A stretch of DNA of 63,845 nt from Elusimicrobia bacterium ADurb.Bin231. GTDB taxonomy: Bacteria; Elusimicrobiota; UBA8919; MWCF01. The stretch is taken from NCBI GenBank assembly GCA_002069855.1, contig MWCF01000114.1, positions 1 to 63,845 on the forward strand, written 5' to 3'. Made by a program: the position numbers and the translations under genes. Each line of letters opens with the position of its first letter. The stretch's first letter is position 1. This document shows positions 36,408 to 46,116 of the stretch, one piece after another. The notes below the pieces were generated by a model. That model made no database searches, was not told the origin of the DNA, and saw only the letters and a program-made list of their open reading frames with translations.

Positions 36408-37673
36408 TTGAAATCTTTTACCACTGTTTTATTTATTTTGATTTTTTGTCCGTTATTTTTTCTCGGAGGAGTGGATGTCTACGTTGAATTAAAATCCGTA
36501 GGCAAAAAAATGAGCATCGCAATTGAGGATATAACGGCAGGTAAAACTGAATACGGTGTTGTTGATATAATTTCCAACGACTTGGAATTTTCCGGATTGT
36601 TTGATGTGTTTCCCGATTCTTTTACGCCCTGTATTTCCAAAGAATTTGATTTTACACGACAGGATAAAGTTACTGCGGAGATGAACGGCATAGAAACAGT
36701 GGTTAAGGTATCTATTTCAGTGAAGGAAAATCAGATGACTGCTGTGTGCTATTGCTGGGATGTGATTTCAGCGAAAAAGATATTTGATAAAACGTATAAA
36801 GCAAAAATTTCAGGGCAAAGAAATCTTGCGCATTCGATATCTGAAGACATTATCCAATACCTGACAGGCAGGAAGGTGGCTATGAATTCGAAAATAGCTT
36901 TTGCGGTGCAGTCCCGTTCAGGAAAGGAGATATGGTGTTCAGATTATGACGGAGGGAATCCGCGCAGGATAATTTCGCAGGGTTCAATTTCGATGTTGCC
37001 GAAATTTTCCGTTTCCGGAGAATCCGTTTATTATACAACGTATAAGGACGGGAATCCAGATTTATTTAAGTATGATTTTAAAACTTCAAAATCCGTTCCA
37101 GTGCTCATATACCAGGGCATTAATATAGCCTGTTCTTTTTCCCAGGACGGCAAACATTTTATCGCAGCGCTTTCTAAAACAGGGGATACGGAACTTTATC
37201 TTTGCTCGGTATCCGGAAAGATTATTAAAAGGCTTACATTTTCTACCGGGATAGACGTAGGCGCATCTTTTGCTCCGAATTCGCGGGAGTTCGTTTTTGT
37301 TTCAAACAGATCCGGCAATCCCAATTTGTTTATAATGGATATAGACGGGGGGAATCTTCGCCGTATTACATCCGGAGGATACAATGATTCTCCCTGCTGG
37401 TCGCCGGTAGGAGATAAGATAGTTTATTCCAAAAAAACCGGAAATATTTTTGATATATATGTGTTTGATGTGACAACTTTCGAAGAGAAACGTCTTACCT
37501 ATTCCGCGGGATCAAATGAAAACCCCTATTATTCTCCGGACGGCAGACATATTGTGTTTTCAAGCAATCGCAGAGGCGTATGGGAAATATATGTTATGCC
37601 TCAAGACGGTTCGGAACAAATCCCTGTAAAGGGTTTGCCTAAGAATTCAACAACTCCGGTCTGGTCCCGTTAA
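36408..37673 (+). CDS. tolB: Tol-Pal system beta-propeller protein TolB
   Basis: Repeated 'PxFSxDGxxI(A/V)F...G..DL(Y/F)' blades ('SFSQDGKHFIAAL', 'SFAPNSREFVFVSNRSGNPNLFIMD', 'CWSPVGDKIVY', 'YYSPDGRHIVFSSNR'). TTG 36408 lies 7 nt after GGAGG; the ORF track starts at 36387. Confidence 0.8.
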   Translation: MKSFTTVLFILIFCPLFFLGGVDVYVELKSVGKKMSIAIEDITAGKTEYGVVDIISNDLEFSGLFDVFPDSFTPCISKEFDFTRQDKVTAEMNGIETVVKVSISVKENQMTAVCYCWDVISAKKIFDKTYKAKISGQRNLAHSISEDIIQYLTGRKVAMNSKIAFAVQSRSGKEIWCSDYDGGNPRRIISQGSISMLPKFSVSGESVYYTTYKDGNPDLFKYDFKTSKSVPVLIYQGINIACSFSQDGKHFIAALSKTGDTELYLCSVSGKIIKRLTFSTGIDVGASFAPNSREFVFVSNRSGNPNLFIMDIDGGNLRRITSGGYNDSPCWSPVGDKIVYSKKTGNIFDIYVFDVTTFEEKRLTYSAGSNENPYYSPDGRHIVFSSNRRGVWEIYVMPQDGSEQIPVKGLPKNSTTPVWSR

Positions 37674-37847
37674 TTCCTGTTTGTCCGGATATGTTGTCGT
37701 CAGGCAACGGATTATTATTAAACCTTATGTTCCGTATTTTCCATATACTGGAGATAAACATAAGAAATCTTTCCAGCAGTTATTAATTTCCTTAATGGAT
37801 AATTTCAAGGAATTATGAATAAACCGTAGTTCTCATATATCAATCTG

Positions 37848-37877
37848 TTGACAGAATTTATCTTTTTTTGATATAAT
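37848..37877 (+). promoter_or_regulatory. sigma70-like (extended -10) promoter placed for a leaderless TPR-protein mRNA
   Basis: TTGACA (37848-37853), 18 nt spacer, TGaTATAAT (37869-37877). Only 7 nt and no SD before ATG 37885. Confidence 0.45.
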
Positions 37878-37884
37878 ATAAAAA

Positions 37885-39507
37885 ATGAAACTATTGATAA
37901 TAAAAAAAATATTCGTTATTATTCTGCTGAGTTCCGTAGTTGCGATTTCTTCCGGCAATACACTGAAAGATATTTACCAGTCAGGAGTAGAACAATTCCA
38001 ACAAGGCCGGTTCCGCGAAGCTGCCGACTCGTTTACAGTTGTTTTGTCTTCATCTCCGAAAGTCAAACCCGGGAAAGACATCGTTATAGGTGCTCGCATT
38101 TACAGGGCTGATGCTATGCTTGAACTTCTGGAACTTGATGGCGCACTTAAGGAATATAGATACATACTGAATAATTATCCGAAATCCTCAGAGACAATGC
38201 GTGCCAGATTCGGCATAGGGCTTGTGTATTACAAAAAGAATTTATATCAACAAACAAGAGAATATTTGCTTAATTTCATAAAAATGTATCCTAATTCAAA
38301 ATACGCGGATGATGCTCAGTATTGGGTGGGGATGCTGCATTTCAAAAACAAAAATTATAAGAAATCCGTAATCGCGTTTAACGCTGCGGTCAATAATTAT
38401 CCCAAATCTGTATTAAGGCCCGAAAGTCTTTTGCGTTTGGGAGATTCTTATTTCAATCTAAAAAAATATTCTTCTGCGAGAACGCAATATCGCAAAGTCG
38501 TTTCTCAATATCCCAAAAATAAAAATGCGGAATTTGCGCTTTATAACATAGGACGCACATATGATGCCGAAGGAGCAGTTGCTTCCGCAGTGTCAATATA
38601 CACAAAATTTTCCGAGCAATATCCTTCTTCGTTTTTGTCCCCTGAGATTATGTATAAGATAGCGAAACATTTTTCGGAACAAAAAAATTATTCGCGCGCT
38701 GGAGAGTATTACAAAAAAATCTATACTGATTTTCCGGACAATGATCTTGCGGAAATCTCTTCTTTTCTTTATGCGAAAACCGTTTATGACGCTGGCAATA
38801 AAAAAGAAGCAGCGGATTTATTTAAAAATTTTGTTACTATATATTCCAACGAAAGCAAATATTATTATCACGCGGTTTTTTATACGGGAAATTGTTTTAT
38901 GGACATCGGAGAATATAAGAACGCGGCTGTTATTTACGAAGAGGTATTGAAGGATGACGCCATAGACGGAGAATTGCTCGCGGTCATGTTGTATAATTGC
39001 GGGTATTGTTATGAACGTTCCGGTCAGGCGCTAAAATCTGAAAAGTTATATAATGAAATTCTTTACAGGTATCCAAAATCTATCGGAGCGGGAAAGATTT
39101 ATTTAAAACGGGGGCTTGTGTTTGAAAAAGAGGGCGATATAAAAGCTGCGATAGAAAATTATGATATGGCAGCCACAATTTCAAAAAATCGCACCATATA
39201 TAAAGACGATCTTTTGTTTCAAAATATAGAAAACGGAATAGGTGCGGAGGCTCAAAAACGCGTTGCTGATTGCTATTTTAAACAGAAGATGTATAAAGAA
39301 GCCGCGCGGGAATATCTTAAGGTAGTATATCTTTTCAGCGATTCGACTTTTGTGGCTGAGGCATATTATATGGCAGGTATTTCAGCGGAAGAGATTGGAT
39401 TATCTAAAGAAGCCAAAGGCCATTATGAAGTTGTCAAGAAAAGATATCCAGGCACAACTTGGGCAGAACAAAGCATAGAAAAACTTAAAAATTATTCCAA
39501 ACGTTAG
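37885..39507 (+). CDS. multi-TPR protein (YbgF/BamD-like TPR_6 repeats), secreted or periplasmic
   Basis: Signal peptide followed by more than 8 repeats of the type 'YP.S..A..A.Y..G..Y....Y..A'. Confidence 0.7.
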   Translation: MKLLIIKKIFVIILLSSVVAISSGNTLKDIYQSGVEQFQQGRFREAADSFTVVLSSSPKVKPGKDIVIGARIYRADAMLELLELDGALKEYRYILNNYPKSSETMRARFGIGLVYYKKNLYQQTREYLLNFIKMYPNSKYADDAQYWVGMLHFKNKNYKKSVIAFNAAVNNYPKSVLRPESLLRLGDSYFNLKKYSSARTQYRKVVSQYPKNKNAEFALYNIGRTYDAEGAVASAVSIYTKFSEQYPSSFLSPEIMYKIAKHFSEQKNYSRAGEYYKKIYTDFPDNDLAEISSFLYAKTVYDAGNKKEAADLFKNFVTIYSNESKYYYHAVFYTGNCFMDIGEYKNAAVIYEEVLKDDAIDGELLAVMLYNCGYCYERSGQALKSEKLYNEILYRYPKSIGAGKIYLKRGLVFEKEGDIKAAIENYDMAATISKNRTIYKDDLLFQNIENGIGAEAQKRVADCYFKQKMYKEAAREYLKVVYLFSDSTFVAEAYYMAGISAEEIGLSKEAKGHYEVVKKRYPGTTWAEQSIEKLKNYSKR

Positions 39508-39518
39508 GGGGAAAGCAA

Positions 39519-40898
39519 ATGAAAAATATTCTTATTAAAAATGCCAGGCTTGTAGTTCAAATGGATAACAAAAGAAATAAAATTGCCGGAGGAAACATCT
39601 ACATAGAAAACGGCGAAATAAAATTCGTCGGGACCGGTATGCCGGAAGAAATTAAAAAAAATAATAATAACTGCGAAATTATAGATGCGTCAAGATGTGT
39701 GGCATTACCGGGGTTCGTAAATACACATCATCATCTTTATCAGACGCTTTATAGAAACATACGGGAAGTTCAAGACGCGGAATTATTCGACTGGCTTACC
39801 TATTTATATACTGTCTGGAGAAATGTCAATCCTGAAGCGGTATACACATCTGCGTTGGTGGGACTCGGAGAACTTTTGCTTACTGGATGCACAACATCCA
39901 CAGATCAATTTTATGTGTTTCCTAAAAATCAGCCTGGGGATTTATTAGATTACGAAATAAAAGCAGCGGAAGAATTGGGCATACGGTTTCATCCGACGCG
40001 CGGTTCTATGTCTCGGGGCAAGTCAAAGGGAGGGTTGCCTCCGGATGATGTGGTTCAAACTGAAGAGGAAATTTTAAAGGACTGCGAAAGAGTTATAAAA
40101 AAGTATCATAATCCGGACAAATTTTCAATGTGCCGCATAGCCCTTTCTCCGTGTTCTCCGTTTTCAGTTACCACAGGGTTGTTGAAAGATACTGTGGCAA
40201 TGGCGCGCAAACACAGGATAAGATGCCATACCCACATAGCGGAGACCCTCGACGAAGAAAAGTACTGTCTTGAATTGCACAATATGAGGCCTGTCGCGTA
40301 TATGGAAAAGGTGGGATGGCTGGGCGATGATATTTGGTTCGCGCATTGCATTCATCTTAATGATGACGAAATAAAACTTATGGGAATGTCTAAAACTGGA
40401 GTTGCGCACTGCCCTGTTTCCAATCTGCGTCTCGGAAGCGGTATCGCTCCCGTTAGAAAGATGATAGAAAACGGCGTACCTGTAAGTCTTGCGGTTGACG
40501 GCGCCGCCTCCAATGATTCTTCGAATATGATGAGAGAGTTAAAGACATGTCTTTTGGTTCATAGAATAAAATCCGGTATAAGTTCAATGCCAGCGGAGGA
40601 CGTTTTATGGATGGCTACGCGCGGTGGCGCATCTGTCCTTGGAAGAAATGACATAGGTTCCATAGAGCCTGGCAAAGCAGCAGATATAGTATTGTATGAT
40701 ATAGAAAAACTCGGATATGCCGGCAGTGTTCATGATATTTTAGCGTCAATTCTTTTTTGCGGCGATTCCGATATAGTTGAAACATCAATAGTAAACGGAA
40801 AGATAGTGGTAAAAAACGGAAGATTAAACGGATTGGATGAACATGAACTTTATATGAAGGCGAATAAGATTGCTGTTGAAATAGCAAAGTCTAAGTAA
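39519..40898 (+). CDS. amidohydrolase-superfamily deaminase (8-oxoguanine deaminase / SsnA / AtzB-like)
   Basis: 'LPGFVNTHHHLYQTLYR', 'CHTHIAET', 'AHCIHL' and 'VSLAVDGAASND' metal-ligand pattern. Confidence 0.8.
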   Translation: MKNILIKNARLVVQMDNKRNKIAGGNIYIENGEIKFVGTGMPEEIKKNNNNCEIIDASRCVALPGFVNTHHHLYQTLYRNIREVQDAELFDWLTYLYTVWRNVNPEAVYTSALVGLGELLLTGCTTSTDQFYVFPKNQPGDLLDYEIKAAEELGIRFHPTRGSMSRGKSKGGLPPDDVVQTEEEILKDCERVIKKYHNPDKFSMCRIALSPCSPFSVTTGLLKDTVAMARKHRIRCHTHIAETLDEEKYCLELHNMRPVAYMEKVGWLGDDIWFAHCIHLNDDEIKLMGMSKTGVAHCPVSNLRLGSGIAPVRKMIENGVPVSLAVDGAASNDSSNMMRELKTCLLVHRIKSGISSMPAEDVLWMATRGGASVLGRNDIGSIEPGKAADIVLYDIEKLGYAGSVHDILASILFCGDSDIVETSIVNGKIVVKNGRLNGLDEHELYMKANKIAVEIAKSK

Positions 40899-41193
40899 TG
40901 TATTAGAATGCCTTAAATGGCTGTTAAAAAAAGGACTCTGTAGCACAGCGGAGATACTTCGATTAGTGCGACAATAGGAAAGAGATGTCATAAGAAAACG
41001 CAGTCAATCTGGGTTTAAATGTTATAGATGGTTGTCAGTTCGGAAATCGGTGCTGTCATTCTGATCCCTATGACTTGAATCCTGGGAAGGATATCGCAGC
41101 TGTCGTTATTCTTATTTAGCAAAATAAGAAATTTCGTATTTTTTCGGGGAGACAAATATTATACTGTTTTCTCTCTGCCAACGCAATAGAGTA

Positions 41194-41221
41194 TTAACAA
41201 CTTTTTCAATACACGTAATAT
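41194..41221 (+). promoter_or_regulatory. possible promoter placed for a leaderless mRNA of the 41230 gene
   Basis: TTAACA (41194-41199), 16 nt spacer, TAATAT (41216-41221). 8 nt and no SD before ATG 41230. Confidence 0.35.
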
Positions 41222-41229
41222 ACAAAATA

Positions 41230-41895
41230 ATGAAAAAGGAAAATAAATATACGGAAGTTATAAATATTACAGAAGCAAGAGATAACCTGCCGAAACTTGT
41301 GTCTTCTCTGGGAACCGTCGGCGGCATTATTATTACGCGCGATTACAGCCCTGTCGCGGTATTAAAAAAGTATGATAAAAGTTTTCGTTCCACCGTCAGA
41401 AAAAGATTGCCGGCGCTTATGGTCCTCGGCGCAAGGCCATGTATCAGAGATGTGGCGTTGAAAACCATAAAAAATATTAACAATATTCCTGCCGGATTAT
41501 TTTCTAAAATAATATTTATTTATGGCGATAAAACCCGAAAATATCGCGGAAGTTTCACAGCGAAAGATGTAAGGACAGTTTATAGCAATAAATCGAAACT
41601 GCCTATTATCACTTCTGTAAAAAGCGCTTTGACTGCTTTGTCCGCGGATGATCCGTGTTTTATGGTCACTTTCCTTTCCGCCCCTATAGAAAGTAAAAAA
41701 ATAGTTCTTATGGCTGATTTTGCCGGGCGATTCAGAGGGAATATATTGATAGGTAAGATACTCGGGGAACCGGTTCATCCAGTGGTTTTCCCGGGAAAAT
41801 ATAAAAAGATTTTTATCGGGATTAGAAAAGAATTGGGTATTCCTTACATAATAAAAAAATTCAAAAACAATGTGAAGTATGTAGATATAGATTAA
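41230..41895 (+). CDS. fusion-like protein: Phd/YefM-antitoxin-like N-terminus + divergent MocA/NTP_transf_3-like domain
   Basis: 'VINITEARDNLPKLVSSL...IIITRDYSPVAVL' is Phd/YefM-like. The remainder aligns by eye with MocA ('IITSVKSALTAL', 'GEPVHPVVF'), but the GDMP catalytic motif reads 'FLSAP'. Confidence 0.5.
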   Translation: MKKENKYTEVINITEARDNLPKLVSSLGTVGGIIITRDYSPVAVLKKYDKSFRSTVRKRLPALMVLGARPCIRDVALKTIKNINNIPAGLFSKIIFIYGDKTRKYRGSFTAKDVRTVYSNKSKLPIITSVKSALTALSADDPCFMVTFLSAPIESKKIVLMADFAGRFRGNILIGKILGEPVHPVVFPGKYKKIFIGIRKELGIPYIIKKFKNNVKYVDID

Positions 41896-41951
41896 AAAAA
41901 TTATACAGTTCGGCAAATGCTGATGCCAAATCGCTTATAATTCACATCAAC

Positions 41952-42758
41952 CTAATATGTTTTTTCTGTGTCTTTATAATTCCAGTATAGACTTTTTATT
42001 TCGTTTAAACAGGTTATATTGCACTTTTGAAGCGCGGCATTTGGCGACGAGGAATTGGCTCCTCCTCTGATACAGTAAGGTAGCATCACGCGTATGTTTG
42101 GTATGGATGTGGAACCTACGACATGGATATCGTAGTTGAAAAATATCGGGCTTAGCGGCACTGATGCTCCAAGCAAAACTCGGATTTTTGCATTTGATGT
42201 TCGTTTTATAGCTTCAAAAAAAGTTCCGTTTAAAAGAGTTAATCCTGTTATAAAAACCAACTCGGATTTTTTAAGTATATTGATTGAATAATTCCAGTGT
42301 ATGTCGCCTTCCTGCGGAGAAAATTCGATTATATTTACAGGGTATCCTTTCGTGCGCCATTTTTCCGCTTCATAAAAATGGCCGATGAAAGAGGTTGTCA
42401 TGTTTTTTGCGAGAATCGCAAACGGCGCTATGGAATTTACAGGCAGTATTTCTCTCTTGTCGGGTTCAGGAAGCGCGCTGCTGAGACATGCCCATCCTGT
42501 AGCGAGTTCTACCGGATTTTCCGATGACAAAAGTTTCGGCAGTATATCAGTTACAGGCCGGTTCAACGAATGGTAAATATTGGTAAAAAAGAGGAGTTGT
42601 TCTTTCGATAGAAAATTCTGCATTCCGCGGATATAGTCGCACATGCCGTAATGTGTGGACTTCGCCACAATCCAATCTCTGAAAACATAAATATTTTCCA
42701 GTTTGGCATTGGACTTTTTTGCGCCGGTCAATAGTGCGTTGATAATTAAATTAATCAT
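41952..42758 (-). CDS. DUF364 (+DUF4213-like N-terminus) Rossmann-like protein
   Basis: 'SFIGHF...VNIIEFSPQEGDI...SELVFITGLTLLNGTF...VLLGASVPLSPIFF...HVVGSTSI' follows the DUF364 pattern. It is the only convincing minus-strand gene. Confidence 0.65.
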   Translation of the reverse strand: MINLIINALLTGAKKSNAKLENIYVFRDWIVAKSTHYGMCDYIRGMQNFLSKEQLLFFTNIYHSLNRPVTDILPKLLSSENPVELATGWACLSSALPEPDKREILPVNSIAPFAILAKNMTTSFIGHFYEAEKWRTKGYPVNIIEFSPQEGDIHWNYSINILKKSELVFITGLTLLNGTFFEAIKRTSNAKIRVLLGASVPLSPIFFNYDIHVVGSTSIPNIRVMLPYCIRGGANSSSPNAALQKCNITCLNEIKSLYWNYKDTEKTY

Positions 42759-43057
42759 TGTTTATGGAAATGTCTAATAAATTGCCGGAATGAAAATTAC
42801 AAGATGTTTCTTTCAATATAATTATACTATAAAAACAGAATTTGTCAATTTTTCGCGGAACTTAAGCTGATATGCGGCATACTTTGGAATTTATATTTTT
42901 TCTTTAATTATTGTTTTGAAGCGTTCTTTATAAATATATTTTAAGTATTGCATCATTGTTCTCCTGTCCATAATGTAGTCTTTATTTCCATAGTTACATT
43001 ATATATGATTTGACGATTGCCTAATTAGGCCGCATTTTAGATAATTTGATACGAAAC

Positions 43058-43085
43058 TTGCTTTTTTTGTATTATTTTATATAAT
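43058..43085 (+). promoter_or_regulatory. possible promoter giving a very short leader for the SDR epimerase gene
   Basis: TTGCTT (43058-43063), 16 nt spacer, TATAAT (43080-43085). The probable start ATG 43096 is 10 nt downstream with no SD. Confidence 0.35.
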
Positions 43086-43095
43086 GTCTCGCATT

Positions 43096-44085
43096 ATGAA
43101 AATTCTTGTTACCGGAGGGACCGGTTTTCTTGGCAGCCATCTTGTAGAATTACTTGTTAAAAAAGATATTCAGGTAAAATGTCTTGTGCGAGATACTATT
43201 AATTTGAAATGGCTGAAAGGAATGCCGGTTGAATTATTTAGAGGTGATTGTTCGGAATCTGATAGCCTTGGTCTTGCAGTTTCAGGTGTGGATTATGTTT
43301 TTCATCTTGCAGGTCTTGTAAGAGCCGTAAGGCAGGAGGATTTGTATAATGCAAATGTAATAGGGACAAGAAATCTATTGGAAGCCATTGTTTCGAAAAA
43401 CCCCAGTATCAAAAAATTTATATATGTTTCTTCCCAGGCTGCTTCCGGTCCAGCTCCGTTTGACGGAGTGTTAACTGAAAATTCCGATGCAGCGCCTGTG
43501 TCGAATTACGGTTATTCTAAACTTCTTGGAGAATACGAAGTAATGAAATTCAAAGACAAGTTTCCTGTAACTATTTTGCGGCCACCCGCCATTTACGGTC
43601 CAAGAGATAAAGATATTTTTATGTTTTTCAAAGCGGCCCATTCGGGGTTGTTGCCTGTTCCTGCTGTGGACAAAATATTGAATATCAGTTATGCCGGGGA
43701 TATCGCTAACGCAGTCTTTTCTGCGTCGGAAACCTCCGCTACAGACGGGAATACATATTTTATAGGTGATGATGCTCCTGTGCTCTTTTCCGGTTTCTGC
43801 CGGCTTCTTGCTCAAATCATCAATAAAAAGGCAAAAATCGTAAAAGTGCCTGAATGGGGTGTTTGGTTGTCGGCGTTACTCGGCGAATTTGTTCAAAATG
43901 CCACGCGAAAACCATCGCTAAGTTCACTGGATAAATATCGCGAGTTGAAACAAACCAGATGGCTTTTCAGCTCGGCAAAAGCGAAAAGCGATTTCGGATA
44001 TAAAACTGAAGTTTCGCTTGAAGCTGGCATAAAGAACACATATGAATGGTATGTGAAAAACGGCTGGCTTAAACGGAAACAATAA
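43096..44085 (+). CDS. NAD-dependent epimerase/dehydratase (extended SDR)
   Basis: 'MKILVTGGTGFLGSHL' Rossmann motif and 'YGYSKLLGE' (YxxxK). The ORF track starts at 43084. Confidence 0.85.
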   Translation: MKILVTGGTGFLGSHLVELLVKKDIQVKCLVRDTINLKWLKGMPVELFRGDCSESDSLGLAVSGVDYVFHLAGLVRAVRQEDLYNANVIGTRNLLEAIVSKNPSIKKFIYVSSQAASGPAPFDGVLTENSDAAPVSNYGYSKLLGEYEVMKFKDKFPVTILRPPAIYGPRDKDIFMFFKAAHSGLLPVPAVDKILNISYAGDIANAVFSASETSATDGNTYFIGDDAPVLFSGFCRLLAQIINKKAKIVKVPEWGVWLSALLGEFVQNATRKPSLSSLDKYRELKQTRWLFSSAKAKSDFGYKTEVSLEAGIKNTYEWYVKNGWLKRKQ

Positions 44086-44138
44086 AATATTTTTTAAAAT
44101 TTAATTGTCTAAACAGTAGAAAGAGACGGGAGTATCTA

Positions 44139-45176
44139 ATGAAAAAGTATAATGTGGCGATTGTCGGCGCTACCGGCGCCGTAGGTGTGGAAATGGTTAA
44201 GATGATTGAAATCAGGGATTTTCCTGTGGAAAATCTTTATCTATTTGCTTCAGGCCGCACCGCCGGCAAAAAAATAAAATTTAAGAATAAGGAAATAACT
44301 GTAGAAGATATAACCGCGATAAAGGATTTCTCTGTTTTAAAATCTAAGTACGGACTTGATATGGCGCTTTTTTCAGCAGGCGGTTCAGTGTCAAAAGATC
44401 TTGCTCCTAAATTTGCTGCGCAGGGCGTTTTTGTGATAGACAATTCATCCGCATTCAGAATGGAAAAAGATATTCCTCTTATCGTTCCTGAAGTCAATCC
44501 GGACGCTGTCCGCAAGGACACAAAAATAATCGCGAATCCTAATTGTTCCACCATACAAATGGTTGTCGCTTTAAAACCGCTTCATGACGCCGCGAAAATA
44601 AAAAGGGTTATTGTTTCTACTTATCAGGCTGTTTCCGGCGCCGGCGGCCGGGCATTGGATGAATTTGCGAATCAGGTTATGTCCTGGTCTAAAGGCGAGC
44701 CCATTCCGGAACCCGTAAAACTTCCTCACAGGATTGCTTTTAATGTTATACCGCAGATAGATGTTTTTGTCGACAATGGTTATACAAAAGAAGAAATGAA
44801 AATGGTAAATGAAACAAGAAAGATTTTTTCCGACGATACAATAAAGATATCTTCGTTTTGCGTGCGTGTTCCTGTTCTCAGAGGCCATTCAGAAGCAGTC
44901 TGGATAGAAACTCAGGAGAAACTGACTGTTCAGGATGCCAAAGATATTCTTGAAAATGCCGAAGGGATAGTTCTTATGGATGATCCCGCGTCCGGCAAAT
45001 ATCCTATGCCAATAAATACTTCCGAAAGTCAAACCACTTATGTCGGTCGTATCAGGGAAGATATTTCGACGGAAAACGGTATTGTAATGTGGATAGTGTC
45101 AGACAACCTTTTGAAAGGCGCTGCTCTTAATGCGGTTCAAATAGCAGAGCTCCTGATTTCAAAGAAAATTTTATAA
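44139..45176 (+). CDS. asd: aspartate-semialdehyde dehydrogenase
   Basis: 'VAIVGATGAVG', 'IANPNCSTIQMV', 'STYQAVSGAG' and 'RVPVLRGHSEAV'. Confidence 0.9.
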   Translation: MKKYNVAIVGATGAVGVEMVKMIEIRDFPVENLYLFASGRTAGKKIKFKNKEITVEDITAIKDFSVLKSKYGLDMALFSAGGSVSKDLAPKFAAQGVFVIDNSSAFRMEKDIPLIVPEVNPDAVRKDTKIIANPNCSTIQMVVALKPLHDAAKIKRVIVSTYQAVSGAGGRALDEFANQVMSWSKGEPIPEPVKLPHRIAFNVIPQIDVFVDNGYTKEEMKMVNETRKIFSDDTIKISSFCVRVPVLRGHSEAVWIETQEKLTVQDAKDILENAEGIVLMDDPASGKYPMPINTSESQTTYVGRIREDISTENGIVMWIVSDNLLKGAALNAVQIAELLISKKIL

Positions 45177-45205
45177 TTGACAAAAACTTTAAGGTTTTGT
45201 ATAAT
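45177..45205 (+). promoter_or_regulatory. consensus sigma70 promoter upstream of rplM-rpsI
   Basis: TTGACA (45177-45182), 17 nt spacer, TATAAT (45200-45205), immediately after the asd stop. Confidence 0.5.
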
Positions 45206-45273
45206 TAATATTTAAAATATAGAGTTAAAAGAAGTATATTATAAATCATCTGCTGGATGAAGGGGTTTACAAA

Positions 45274-45678
45274 ATGGTTACAAGAAATTTTTATCTTATA
45301 GACGGCAATGAAAAAGTTTTAGGCAGATTGGCGACATTTGCCGCGGGTTTGTTGCAGGGAAAAGGGAAAGCTGAATACGCTCCTCACAAGGATATCGGCG
45401 ATTTTATTATAGTAAAAAATGCGTCAAAAATAAGATTGACCGGTAAAAAACTGGATCAAAAGATTGATTTCAGGCATTCCGGTTATCCGAGAGGAGACAA
45501 ATATATGCTATATAAAGATCTTATTGTTGACAATCCTGAAAAAATGGTTAGATTGGCGATAAGCGGGATGTTACCCAAAAACCGTTTAAGAGCTGTTATG
45601 TTGAGACGGTTGAAAGTATTTAAAAACGACGCGCCGCAAATGGAGGCAAAATGTCAGAAAATAGAAATAAAGAAATAA
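45274..45678 (+). CDS. rplM: 50S ribosomal protein L13
   Basis: 'YLIDGNEKVLGRLAT..A..L.GK', 'FRHSGYPRG' and 'AISGMLPKNRL'. Confidence 0.9.
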   Translation: MVTRNFYLIDGNEKVLGRLATFAAGLLQGKGKAEYAPHKDIGDFIIVKNASKIRLTGKKLDQKIDFRHSGYPRGDKYMLYKDLIVDNPEKMVRLAISGMLPKNRLRAVMLRRLKVFKNDAPQMEAKCQKIEIKK

Positions 45679-46055
45679 CTTCGGTAGGCAGAAGAAAAAC
45701 GGCTACGGCAAGAATTATATTGTCTTCCGGCACCGGCAAAATGCTGATAAACGGCCGTTTGCCTGAAACGTATTTCTCCGGTGTTCCGAGATTTCAGGAA
45801 AATATTATAGCTCCCTTTCTTGCTATTAACGGATTGAAACAGTATGATATAAAAGCGATTGTTACGGGCGGCGGCATTATGGCCCAATCCGAAGCAATCA
45901 GACACGGCATATCGCGCGCGCTTTCTTCGCTTGATGTAGGTTTTAAATCCGCTTTAAAGAAAAAAGGTTATCTTACAAGAGATGCAAGAGCAGTAGAACG
46001 CAAAAAACCCGGTAAAGCGAAAGCAAGAAAAAGCTTCCAGTGGACCAAAAGATAA
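45651..46055 (+). CDS. rpsI: 30S ribosomal protein S9
   Basis: 'GRRKTATARI', 'GGGIMAQSEAIRHGISRAL', 'LTRDARAVERKKPG' and C-terminal 'QWTKR'. Confidence 0.9.
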   Translation: MSENRNKEITSVGRRKTATARIILSSGTGKMLINGRLPETYFSGVPRFQENIIAPFLAINGLKQYDIKAIVTGGGIMAQSEAIRHGISRALSSLDVGFKSALKKKGYLTRDARAVERKKPGKAKARKSFQWTKR

Positions 46056-46116
46056 TTCCATTGTCATTTTGTTGTGGTTTTTGAGCCCGAGCGGCTTTTC
46101 TTTTTCAAATTAAAAT

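Noticed and set aside
41230-41895. A classical type II toxin-antitoxin locus, suggested by the Phd/YefM-like N-terminus.
   Set aside because: No small toxin ORF (Doc, YoeB, RelE or similar) lies on either side. The Phd-like segment is fused to a 170-aa MocA-like domain. I report it as an unusual fusion instead.
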